Source: Spirochaetia bacterium (GTDB lineage Bacteria > Spirochaetota > Spirochaetia > DSM-16054 > Sediminispirochaetaceae). Taken from it: a DNA stretch of 64,000 nt. Position numbers and translations under genes: made by a program. How positions within the stretch are numbered: position 1 is the stretch's first letter; every line of letters starts with the position of its first letter. Positions 11,074 to 19,982 of the stretch are shown here, one piece after another. The notes under the pieces were generated by a model, which was not told where the DNA came from, ran no database searches, and worked only from the letters and a program-made list of their open reading frames with translations. The stretch spans positions 547,714-611,713 of the forward strand of contig JAXHMY010000002.1 in NCBI GenBank assembly GCA_034520965.1, given 5' to 3'.

Positions 11074-12021
11074 CTACTTGCGCAGCAGGCCCTGGATTAT
11101 CATCTCCACCGCTTCATCCTCCGACAGGCCCCGGGACATCAGGGTTTGCAGCTGCTTCGAATCGACCGAGCCGATAGCCGCCTCATGGGTCACATGGGCT
11201 TTGGGATGACGCACATCGACCATCGGGATGGCCTTCGCCTGAGCCTCATCCTGTACAATTTCATTGCAATCCACATGACCGACAGCACCTTCCGCGGTAG
11301 CGGTAAGTTCATTATAAATTACGGCCTGAGCCCGGTTGCGAACGGCAATATTACTGGTCAGAACACCCCTGGAGTATTCGCCGGAGAGGTGCCCGGCTTC
11401 TCGAATTTTTATTACATCGTCCTGACGACCGCTGATCCGCGAAAGGAGTTCCAGAACAGAATGAGGACCGCATTCAGCCTCGTAATCGATATCAATCAGC
11501 CCTACCCGACCCTTGATAAGCTCAAATTCGGTCGCAAAGCGGCTGGACTCCTCCAGCTGCACCTTGGCCTTCGGGATTACTTTAATGCCGCTGTCCATAC
11601 TATGCACATGCCGCTCAAAGTACCTATACTCCGCTCCCGGCTCCAAATGAATATTAGCATCCATAATGTGTTCTACTTCAGTTGCATTTGAAAAGCTGCA
11701 GTGCGAGATAAAGTGAGCCTTGGCTTTTGCACCAAAACGCACGTTCATCCGGATGTGCTGCAGTCCGTTCTCCAGCATACCGAAGCAGAAGTATACCGGC
11801 TGTTCAATTACAGTTCCAGCCTCAACCAGAATATCGACATCTACTCCACGGCTGGTCTCCTGCGATTCTACCTTCAAACCCTCAACCAGGGTGGTGTTCA
11901 GCACCTGGTTTCCATGGATCTCAACATGGGCAGTTCCATCATCGAAGGAGTGGCTGTGCATGTTAATAGTCGACAGTAGACGATCGATTGCAGTTTGTGT
12001 CTGTGCGGATTGCTTACTCAT
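11074..12021 (-). CDS. SufB/SufD-family Fe-S assembly protein (SmsB-like)
   Basis: GHVDCNEIV, A.AIP.V.V.HP.AHVTHEAAIGSVD..QLQTLMSRGL.EDEA motifs. Confidence 0.9.
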   Translation of the reverse strand: MSKQSAQTQTAIDRLLSTINMHSHSFDDGTAHVEIHGNQVLNTTLVEGLKVESQETSRGVDVDILVEAGTVIEQPVYFCFGMLENGLQHIRMNVRFGAKAKAHFISHCSFSNATEVEHIMDANIHLEPGAEYRYFERHVHSMDSGIKVIPKAKVQLEESSRFATEFELIKGRVGLIDIDYEAECGPHSVLELLSRISGRQDDVIKIREAGHLSGEYSRGVLTSNIAVRNRAQAVIYNELTATAEGAVGHVDCNEIVQDEAQAKAIPMVDVRHPKAHVTHEAAIGSVDSKQLQTLMSRGLSEDEAVEMIIQGLLRK

Positions 12022-12758
12022 ACCAGAGCCCCTTCATCGGGAACATTTTTGTGGGGACAGGGCACGCATTTGCGCTCAAAATAGGAACTCAGCTGTTCAA
12101 CAGTACCCTTATCCACCAGGGCACCGTTACACAACAAAAATGCATGGTCGGCGTGTTTCAGTACCTCACCGGAGTGGGTGATCATAATAACGGTAGTTCC
12201 ATGGTCCTTCAGCCATTCCAGTACATGAAAGATTGACTGAATAGCATCGATGTCTACACCGGAATCCGGTTCGTCCATCAAGACCACCCTTGGATGCATG
12301 GCCACGATCGAGGCCAGTTCTATCCGCTTGCGTTCGCCCCCGCTGAGTGTCGTATCTACGTCCCGGTCCAAATAACGGCCGGGGTCAAGGCCAAGCATAT
12401 GCATGACCTCCTCAGGGCTCTTCGCGCCTCTGCTTTTGTCTGCTGCCCGCCGAATAAACTCCCGCACCTTAATACCGTTGAAACGGGCCGGCTCCTGCCA
12501 GGCGAGGGTAATTCCCAGTTTTGCACGCTCATCGATAGAGAGCTCTTTGATCGATTTCCCGTCAAACAGAATATCACCTGTGTGTGAGCGGTAGTCCGGA
12601 AGCCCCATAATGGTGTGAGCCAGGGTAGACTTTCCGGCACCGTTCGGACCTACTACCGCATGGATATGTCCTTCCCAGAAATCCATTGTCAGTTCAAATA
12701 GTATTTGCTGCTCATCAAAAGAGAGAGAGACATTCTGTAATTCAATAATTCCCATCAC
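12018..12758 (-). CDS. SufC-like ABC ATPase (SmsC-like) with C-terminal CxxC
   Basis: GPNGAGKSTLA, LSGGERKRIE, DEPDSGVD, ITH, terminal CVPCPH; overlaps the SufBD gene by 4 nt. Confidence 0.9.
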   Translation of the reverse strand: MMGIIELQNVSLSFDEQQILFELTMDFWEGHIHAVVGPNGAGKSTLAHTIMGLPDYRSHTGDILFDGKSIKELSIDERAKLGITLAWQEPARFNGIKVREFIRRAADKSRGAKSPEEVMHMLGLDPGRYLDRDVDTTLSGGERKRIELASIVAMHPRVVLMDEPDSGVDIDAIQSIFHVLEWLKDHGTTVIMITHSGEVLKHADHAFLLCNGALVDKGTVEQLSSYFERKCVPCPHKNVPDEGALV

Positions 12759-12760
12759 TA

Positions 12761-12829
12761 TTCCTCATCATTGTTCCTCATCATTGTTCCTCATCATTGT
12801 TCCTCATCATTGTTCCTCATCATTGTTCC
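12761..12829. repeat. Tandem repeat, 13-bp unit TTCCTCATCATTG x5 plus a partial copy
   Basis: Units read directly at 12761, 12774, 12787, 12800 and 12813, followed by TTCC. Confidence 0.97.
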
Positions 12830-13353
12830 CCATGTTTTTTTTCTTCCAGCAGTTCGTAGTAATAGCGCGGTTCAATCTTATCGTTCGGCACACTCAGTGC
12901 CTGCAGCACCTCGCGCAGCTTCTCGCGTGCCGGGCTAACTTCCGACTGATGGTTTACTAGTATTTCAATTTCAATAAACCAACCCAAGCCCTCTACAAAG
13001 CTTAATTCAATTCCCACATTCTCGAAAGCGTACAACTGTCCCTGTTTGTGTTTCTCTATATACACTTCATACTCAAGGTACTCACAGAAATTGATGAATG
13101 CTTCAGCGTCATCCACCTGAAACTCATGTTCCCGGTTTACCTCTATCCCCTCGGCCCGCTCTTTCTGCTTATAGTTCACCGTATTTGTCCCAGCCTCCCG
13201 ACGAATACGAAATAGCGGTTTTTCCTGCTGGGGCCATGAAAAATAGGTATCCCGTTTCTCATAGGAGTTTTGAAACTCGGCAATTGCCAGGATTTTCTCG
13301 CGGAGGTGGTCGACCTCCTGCACCCAGGCTTTTATTTCTACTTCAATCGCCAT
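12820..13353 (-). CDS. CYTH-domain protein (class IV adenylate cyclase/CyaB-like)
   Basis: N-terminal EVEIK (ExExK), D.YF, RIR, YK, and VEGLGWFIEIE motifs. Confidence 0.88.
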   Translation of the reverse strand: MAIEVEIKAWVQEVDHLREKILAIAEFQNSYEKRDTYFSWPQQEKPLFRIRREAGTNTVNYKQKERAEGIEVNREHEFQVDDAEAFINFCEYLEYEVYIEKHKQGQLYAFENVGIELSFVEGLGWFIEIEILVNHQSEVSPAREKLREVLQALSVPNDKIEPRYYYELLEEKKHGEQ

Positions 13354-13354
13354 C

Positions 13355-14129
13355 TTAGTCCTTCCAGGGAAAGATCATCCCCTTCAGTGACCGCGGTCCG
13401 ACTTTCTCTTTCTCGTTCATCAGCAGGGCTCCCCAGGGGATCTCCTTTGGATTCGTGTCCGGATGCTCTTCGATATAATCATACTTATACATCAACAGTT
13501 TCAAGGCTATCTGATGGGAATAGAGAATTGAACTTATACCGGGTACCAAAAAAGCGGTCGCCACGGATATTAAAAAGTTTACCAGAGAATATGCTCCCAT
13601 AAACACCGAAAAACCCGGGTTATCGAAAAACAAAATCAAACTCTTTTTTAATACTTTCTTTACCTCGGTATTCAACTGACGCCGTACAGGAAAAATCCAC
13701 AGAGAAATCAACCACCAGAGCACGGAGACCCAAAACAGAATTGCCAGGGCAGCCAGTCCAAAGACCCCGCCTAAAGAGATGTAGAAGGGAAAGCCGATCA
13801 TTAAAATGAGTACATGGAGAGCGGTAATGGTTCCAAAGACGGCGGAGAGCTTCCAGGTAGCGGTAATATAACTTGGAAACTCTCTAAACTCCGGGGCACG
13901 ATCGAATACAAGATCGCCTAAAAAGAGTGAAACACCCCCTGCGTAAAAATGAAACAAGTATATAACCAGCACCAACATAAAAATGGTAAGTGCCACTTTT
14001 CCGGAGGCGATCATTGGAATTGCCAGGAACAAAATAATAAGCAGAATGAAGCCCACATTCAAAGCAATCAATGTAAGGAGGTTGTCCCATCCATCAAAGA
14101 ACGCCTTTTTTAATAAAAAAACCTGTCAT
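13355..14129 (-). CDS. Conserved hypothetical integral membrane protein (5' homopolymer frameshift)
   Basis: Hydrophobic ORF 13355..14071. The ATG at 14129 (MTGFFIKKAFFDGWDNLL) joins it if one A is removed from the A-run near 14106-14111. Confidence 0.7.
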
Positions 14130-14228
14130 CTCTATTTACACCTCTATTCAATCGCCAAGATTCTATTAAGAAAACAGCCGTATCCGGCTATTTTCGTCGT
14201 TTCGGTTGCCGCTACGTGGCATGCGAAA

Positions 14229-15527
14229 CTATTTTTGAACCCGCAGAAAAGGATATGCGGCCAGAGGCAGTACAGCTAAGGCACACATTGCCCACCCAAG
14301 ACCGACTGAATCAACTAATGCCCCGAAAATAGGCGAGGCAACGGCCACTACAACCGTCTTTAGCTGACTTTCGGCGGACAGACCGGTAGCCATTACCGTT
14401 CCTTTTATCTTTTCGCTGACATAGCCAACCGTCATGGGGCGGCGGAGGTTTTGCAGCACGTAAAAACCTATAAACAACACCACCGCAATTAGGATGCATT
14501 CGTAACGCATACTTACCCCTACGGCAACCACAGTTATAATCGATACCAGGTACGTAAGGTTGAGTCCCTTCTCGGTGTACTGAACCGACTGGAACTTCCC
14601 GGCCCGCTGTGAGACGGTTGCGGTGAGCATATACAGAATAAAATAGAGCCCCCCGACTACCAGGGCCACCCTCTTTTCCTCGCCCAGGGCAAGCAGAACC
14701 GGGAGTCCCAAGGCAAGGTTACGCATAATAGGCTGAATATAGTCCTTGGAAGTCTTAAACACGCCGTCGTACAGGCTCGAATTCAGCATCAAACGGCGTA
14801 ACTTTCGGTATTTCAGCAGATCTCGAAAATCGTGCAGGGTTGCCTGCACAGAATCGCGTAAACTTCGTTTTATTTTTTGGCCGACAGCATCATCCGATAA
14901 CGAGGCATCCGCACTCGGCTGGGGGCCGCCTTCGGCACCGACAGTATCGCCGCTGAAATCAAGATATTTGGGATAGCTCTTGAGAAGCAGAAAGCCGATT
15001 ATATACGGGATAATACTGTAAAGAAACACTTGGTGGTACTGACCATGGACAAACACAATGAGACCGGCCAGCAAAGCCGAAAGGGCCGATCCGCGCTGTG
15101 ACCAGCTGCGGGTATGCCCGTAGTAGTGAACCTTTTGGTCGGCGATTCCCTGACGAGTTATGTAATCGAGAATCATCGCTTTATGGGTACCGGTTCTAAA
15201 GGCCTCGCCAAGAGCAAACAGCAGCATTGCTCCTATATAGGGAACAAAGGCGGGAAAGAAATAGAACACCAGGAAAGAGAAGATGTAGGCCACGAAAGCG
15301 GCCATCATCGACCTGCGCCGACCATATGAATCGGCAATAATACCGGAGGGAATCTCTAATATATTGGTGGCAATTTCACGAATGCCGAATAGTATACCTA
15401 TTTCAAAATAGCTTATTCCTACTTCTCTGAAAAAAAGGATCAGATAAGGATCAAAGAAACGCAGGTTTTTAACAAACCCGTAGAAAGAAAATTTCCAAAA
15501 CTGAATATCCTTGTTAAACTTTTCCAT
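14229..15527 (-). CDS. MFS transporter
   Basis: EIPSGIIADSYGRRRS (MFS motif A), AFRTGT, about 12 TM segments. Probable start is ATG 15527, because the longer ORF start lies inside the tRNA. Confidence 0.88.
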   Translation of the reverse strand: MEKFNKDIQFWKFSFYGFVKNLRFFDPYLILFFREVGISYFEIGILFGIREIATNILEIPSGIIADSYGRRRSMMAAFVAYIFSFLVFYFFPAFVPYIGAMLLFALGEAFRTGTHKAMILDYITRQGIADQKVHYYGHTRSWSQRGSALSALLAGLIVFVHGQYHQVFLYSIIPYIIGFLLLKSYPKYLDFSGDTVGAEGGPQPSADASLSDDAVGQKIKRSLRDSVQATLHDFRDLLKYRKLRRLMLNSSLYDGVFKTSKDYIQPIMRNLALGLPVLLALGEEKRVALVVGGLYFILYMLTATVSQRAGKFQSVQYTEKGLNLTYLVSIITVVAVGVSMRYECILIAVVLFIGFYVLQNLRRPMTVGYVSEKIKGTVMATGLSAESQLKTVVVAVASPIFGALVDSVGLGWAMCALAVLPLAAYPFLRVQK

Positions 15528-15540
15528 GAGACGAGTATAC

Positions 15541-15575
15541 AAAAAAAAGCTGTCCCTGAGAAGCAGGAACAGCTT
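15541..15575 (-). terminator. Rho-independent terminator downstream of the tRNA
   Basis: Minus strand AAGCTGTTCCTG-CTTCT-CAGGGACAGC followed by 8 T. Confidence 0.75.
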
Positions 15576-15584
15576 GATACATAC

Positions 15585-15657
15585 TAGTGGCGAAGGGATT
15601 TGAACCCCTGACAAAACGGATATGAGCCGTTTGCTCTACCAACTGAGCTACGCCACC
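15585..15657 (-). tRNA. tRNA with CAT anticodon, probably elongator tRNA-Met; CCA not encoded
   Basis: GGTGGCG TAGCTCAGTTGGTAGAGC A AACGG CTCATAT CCGTT TTGTC AGGGG TTCAAAT CCCTT CGCCACT A folds as a cloverleaf. It lacks initiator features (no C1:A72 mismatch, no three G-C anticodon-stem pairs). tRNA-Ile2 is not excluded. Confidence 0.93.
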
Positions 15658-15669
15658 GTAGTCTCCAAG

Positions 15670-15699
15670 AATATACCAATGGATTGCATTTTATGTCAA
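15670..15699 (-). promoter_or_regulatory. Sigma70-type promoter for the tRNA
   Basis: TTGACA-18 bp-TATATT with TG extension, 12 nt upstream of the tRNA 5' end. Confidence 0.7.
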
Positions 15700-15740
15700 T
15701 ATGCATGACCATATGAAAAAATATTTTAAGGAGAACCCAA

Positions 15741-16154
15741 GTGACCCATACATGGACAACACAAGTTCGAAGCTATGAGCTGGACATGCACCGGCATGTG
15801 AACAACGCTACGTACCTTAACTATTTTGAAGCGGCCAGAATGAATTTTTTAGCTTCCATAGGCTTCGATTATGCAAGGCTTCTTGAGAAAGGTTTCAGCC
15901 TGTTTGTAGCCAAAATAGAGGCTCACTACAAAGCCCCGGCTCTTTTGAATGATGAAATTTACGTCACCACCGAATCCACTAAGAGGAAACGCTACAGCGG
16001 GGTTTTTCGTCAGATAGTCTACCGTGGGGGAACAGAACTCTGCAGTGCCGATATCACATGGGCATGCGTAAATTCTGAGGGTAAACCGATGCCCCTGCCG
16101 GAGGAGTTCGAATTGCCGGAACTTCAACCGGGTGACAAGGACATCACCATTTAG
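15741..16154 (+). CDS. Acyl-CoA thioesterase (YbgC/4HBT hot-dog family)
   Basis: VRSYELDMHRHVNNATYLNYFEAAR motif; RBS AAGGAG. Confidence 0.9.
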   Translation: MTHTWTTQVRSYELDMHRHVNNATYLNYFEAARMNFLASIGFDYARLLEKGFSLFVAKIEAHYKAPALLNDEIYVTTESTKRKRYSGVFRQIVYRGGTELCSADITWACVNSEGKPMPLPEEFELPELQPGDKDITI

Positions 16155-18985
16155 ATAAGCTTATACCGCTTGCTGAGGGCGTACAAGCGTGAGTTCCAAT
16201 AGTTCATAGTTACATAACTCCGCCGATCGGAGGGATCGGATATCCGGCCGGCGATTCTCTGAAGGCTTTGAAAGGCCTTACTCAGCATGGTAGTCATGTT
16301 GAGCTCTTCCTTTTCACTGCTCACGGGTAAGGTGATGGTACGGAAGTAATAATAGAGATGACGGTACGGATCCTGACGAGTGAGTCGCTCCTGAGAAAAT
16401 AAGCGTTCAAACGCAGCTAAGGACTCCTCTGCTTTCCCTAATTCATGCAACAAGAAACCTTCCAGAGCGTACAGCATCTGCAGCGGGACATCGTACACCC
16501 CGGGTATTTTAAGGCCGAAGTTTTCAAAGGGTTCATACCCGTCACCCGGCAAGTGCACAATCGGCACGATGTCATTCTGCTCATTGAACTGCCGCCGGCT
16601 TATTGCGGCAACAACATAGCGATACGCTTCTGCAATATTACGGTTCAGCAAGTGCCCCTCGGCCTGAAAGTGGAGAGTCTCGCTTGTTTCGGGAAGTTTT
16701 TGCAGTAAAGCTTGGGCAGAATGGATGAAGCCCTGGTACATATGCGAGCGCAGCATCCATGCGGTAATCAGATTTTTCCTTTCACCGCTAAAATAGAGAC
16801 GATCATGGGTGAGCAGCGACTGAAACAGTACATAAGCTTCGCCGTAACGACCAAGTTCAAACTGGATGCGAGCCTGCAGCATCATAGTATACCGCTCCCA
16901 GCGACGGCGACCGGTGTTCTGCGCTTTCTGTAGGGCCGCCTTGGCGTGGGAGGATGAGAGTGAATAGTCTCCGGTAATAAAATGGCTTAAGGCGGTCAAA
17001 GCGGTGCTTTCACAGGCAGCTGCAGTGAGGAGGGTATCAAATGTTTTTTGTCGAGCCTGCCGAAAATACTCCGCTCCCTCCGTCATTCGACCATTTGTCA
17101 GCATCACCTTGCCCAGCAGCAGAGTCGCCCGTGCTTCCAGCTCGGGAAAATTCTGTTCCTGCACCTGCAGCAAGGCCTGTTTAGTCTTGGTCAAAACCAG
17201 GGACGAGTCACCCCTTCGACGCCACAGATAGGCGCCTTCCGCAAATAAAAACAGCACCTCCGGTATTCCACTCTCCCTTTCCACCTCATTCTCTTCCCGG
17301 CTAAAAAGCTCATGGTATATCGCCGAAGCCGCATCAATTGAACCGTCCCAGAGGCAGGCTAAAAGCTCTATACACAGAGTGCGGGTTTATCCCGCCTCAT
17401 GCCATGTCCGGATGGCTTTAATTAATGGCTGCAAAGGTACCTCAGAGTCTGACAGAAGCTCCTCCACTAGACGCAGGGCAATGCGGTTGACACTCTCAAC
17501 AGAGAAATCAAGCTTTTTGGATAGCTGCAACACCTCGTAATAATTAAGCTCACTCAAATGAGATATGACATACTGTTCAATGAAATAGTTGGTACGGGTC
17601 TTATCGAGAGGAGGGGCTGGACCTTACATTCTTAGGCGAAGGGGGTCGGGTGGGCAGGAAAAATCGATCCTTCCCAGATATCCCAACGCTTTCAGCTGGT
17701 AAAGACTCTGTTCGACTACTTCTCGACGCAGGCCTAACTGCTGAAAAAGCTCCAACAACTTATCCTTATCTAAAAGCCCCCTCAAGTTGAAACAGGTGTA
17801 CAAAACAGTATGAAGCTCTTCCGGTGCCTTGCCGAAGCGATTTCTCCGGCGGGGCGGATCGCCACTGTATTCATACGCCTCATAGGGAGTAGTAAGATGT
17901 GCTCCAAATTGCTCTTGTAGTTTGGAGTGCCACTCTTCAATTTCAATTAAAACCGTCTCGGTTACTTTTTCCAGGGAGGCGCAAGTAGATTCCTTCCTTA
18001 AAGTTATCACGGGTATGCCCTCACCAGTTCTTACGAGCAGATCAATTTGCAGCGCCAAAAATTTGCGAACCTCCTCCGGATACTCATCAAACCCATGAAT
18101 CACTACTACCGGCGGCAGCAGCTCCCGACGCATTCGACTTGTGTATGCCTTTAAATACAGTTGGAAAAATAGTTTTATATCCGTATCCGACCAAGTAGTA
18201 ACGGGCATGTTATTTAGACTCTGCAGTTCTTCCCACAGCACAGACTCCTGCGAACTAAGAAAATCCTGTGCCTCCGCAAGTACTTTTTCATCCAATCGGT
18301 GCAATAAAGCCGAATACACAGAACCCAAAGCGGGAAAATAATCTATTGCACACCACTCAATACCTCCCATTCCGGCCTCGAGAGCCTGTAATACTAAATG
18401 AATCAGCAGCCGCTTGCCGGTATACTGAGCGCCAAAGATTACGGGAAGCTTCCGACTACCTATATCAGCCTCCAATATCAAATCTATCAGTCGATCGCAT
18501 AAACTATCCTCTGCACAAAGCTTTGGACTGTCCTGGGGACTCAAGGTCTCACGTTCAAAATCTACAATCCGATAGTAACTTTCAACCTGCTCAAAATGAA
18601 CAAAGTGGCTGATAATATCTGCAGTAACGGCGGTACACCAAATACCATTTTCCTCGGGCAGCAGAAAAACCTCGCTGCCGATCCGGTTTTTTGTCCTGCT
18701 CTTCTGCAGTAAACCGCCCTTCTGTAGGAGTACTGAAAAGCCGGGGATGTCATCGGCCCATTCATTCTGCAGATTATGCAATGAGCGCAGAATTTCGACA
18801 ATTTTATAAAGCACATGTTCATCTTCATCGCAGCTGAAGTGATAAAAGGGAGACTTCTCCGTTTCGGCTTCAAACAGATGGGCCGGGAAAAGAGACTGTA
18901 TTTCTTGTACAATTTTTTCGGCTGTATGTGCATCTGTTCTCATTAATTGATGCACACCATCAATTTCTATGGTAATATTAATCAT
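16151..18985 (-). CDS. Large hypothetical protein with degenerate P-loop and C-terminal TPR-like repeats (frameshifted)
   Basis: ORF 17624..18985 (GAQYTGKR, VVVIHGFD) and ORF 16151..17284 (TPR-like helices) are collinear, separated by a 340-nt gap; probably one ~940 aa gene. Confidence 0.6.
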
Positions 18986-19053
18986 TCGTATTTATTTTAA
19001 CGTAGAATCAAACAATGTAAAGTAAAAGCAGTAGTAAAAAGATTGAGTTTACC

Positions 19054-19656
19054 ATGATAGAGCTAAAAACAGTACACAATAGTAGCAGGACGGACAAATA
19101 CATTGAATACAGCGAAAAAAAGTGTCGAAAGCTTGTATTTCGCATTGCGCCGAATACCCCCTTTCAAGAAATTCTGGCCAAACTAAATCGAATTCAATTC
19201 GTCGGATGCCCAATTTCTACCGAGCATATCACCTACTCTGTGCTTGAGTTGCTTAATAATTCTTTGCGTGCACAACGAGAACAGAACAATGAAAATCCGA
19301 TACTATTAAAGTTTCAGAAAACCCAGACGGGATTTAACATTTATTTACGCGACTGGGGCGGGGGGTTTGATATTTCAGAGCTTCCCTATGATATCAATAG
19401 AAATATTGAGGAGATCGACATTCACAACCAGGAGTTTGAACAGTATCGTCAGGCCCATGAATATATGCGCTTCGGGCTGGGTCTTTACCTGGCACGCAAA
19501 ACCTTTCCCGTTTTTTCTTTTTTTATTGATCACCAGGAAAATCCAACAGATTGGAATCCTGAAAGAACGGCTGGAACGGTAATCGAGCTGCACACGGGAG
19601 GCTCTAAACTTCACACAAAAAAGAGGCAGAAATATGCAGAACCGACGGATATCTGA
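19054..19656 (+). CDS. Stand-alone HATPase_c (GHKL) protein, RsbW/anti-sigma-kinase-like
   Basis: N box ELLNNS, G1 DWGGGF, G2 GLGLYL; no HisKA H-box or sensor domain. Confidence 0.75.
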   Translation: MIELKTVHNSSRTDKYIEYSEKKCRKLVFRIAPNTPFQEILAKLNRIQFVGCPISTEHITYSVLELLNNSLRAQREQNNENPILLKFQKTQTGFNIYLRDWGGGFDISELPYDINRNIEEIDIHNQEFEQYRQAHEYMRFGLGLYLARKTFPVFSFFIDHQENPTDWNPERTAGTVIELHTGGSKLHTKKRQKYAEPTDI

Positions 19657-19981
19657 CCGGGCGATGTCATATGCGAAAACTGTTTTTCTTTTTTACGATA
19701 TAATAGGATACGTACGCGATTTATCGTCAACCGGCCTGCGGGTTGATATATTTGCCGATTCATACCCGGCAATTGGAGAACAAGTGCACACCACCGTCAT
19801 ATCCCACCCCGATCTTAATCTCGACCCATTTAACGTGCTGACTAAAGTTCGCTGGGGCAAACAAGACGGTCCAATGATTGCGGTGGGACTGGAAATTGTC
19901 GGGTTTTCCTCCACACATGGTGACTACACATATCAGAAACTGGTACAGATATTTGAGGAGCTGAAGCTTGAGAAGGCTTAG
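19634..19981 (+). CDS. Single-domain PilZ protein
   Basis: RISDR (RxxxR), DLSSTG (DxSxxG), KVRW and VGL motifs. Confidence 0.85.
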   Translation: MQNRRISDRAMSYAKTVFLFYDIIGYVRDLSSTGLRVDIFADSYPAIGEQVHTTVISHPDLNLDPFNVLTKVRWGKQDGPMIAVGLEIVGFSSTHGDYTYQKLVQIFEELKLEKA

Positions 19982-19982
19982 T

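Noticed and set aside
11017..11691. 224-aa plus-strand ORF
   Set aside because: Antisense to the SufB/D gene, with no recognisable motifs.
12761..12829. Repeat array as a possible CRISPR
   Set aside because: Units are 13 bp and directly adjacent, with no spacers; no cas genes in the window.
15528..15614. N-terminal extension of the MFS ORF (MSGVQIPSPL...)
   Set aside because: It overlaps the tRNA and its terminator; the real start is more likely ATG 15527.
15585..15657. tRNA as an integration site for an island or prophage
   Set aside because: No integrase and no duplicated tRNA 3' end was noticed in the window.
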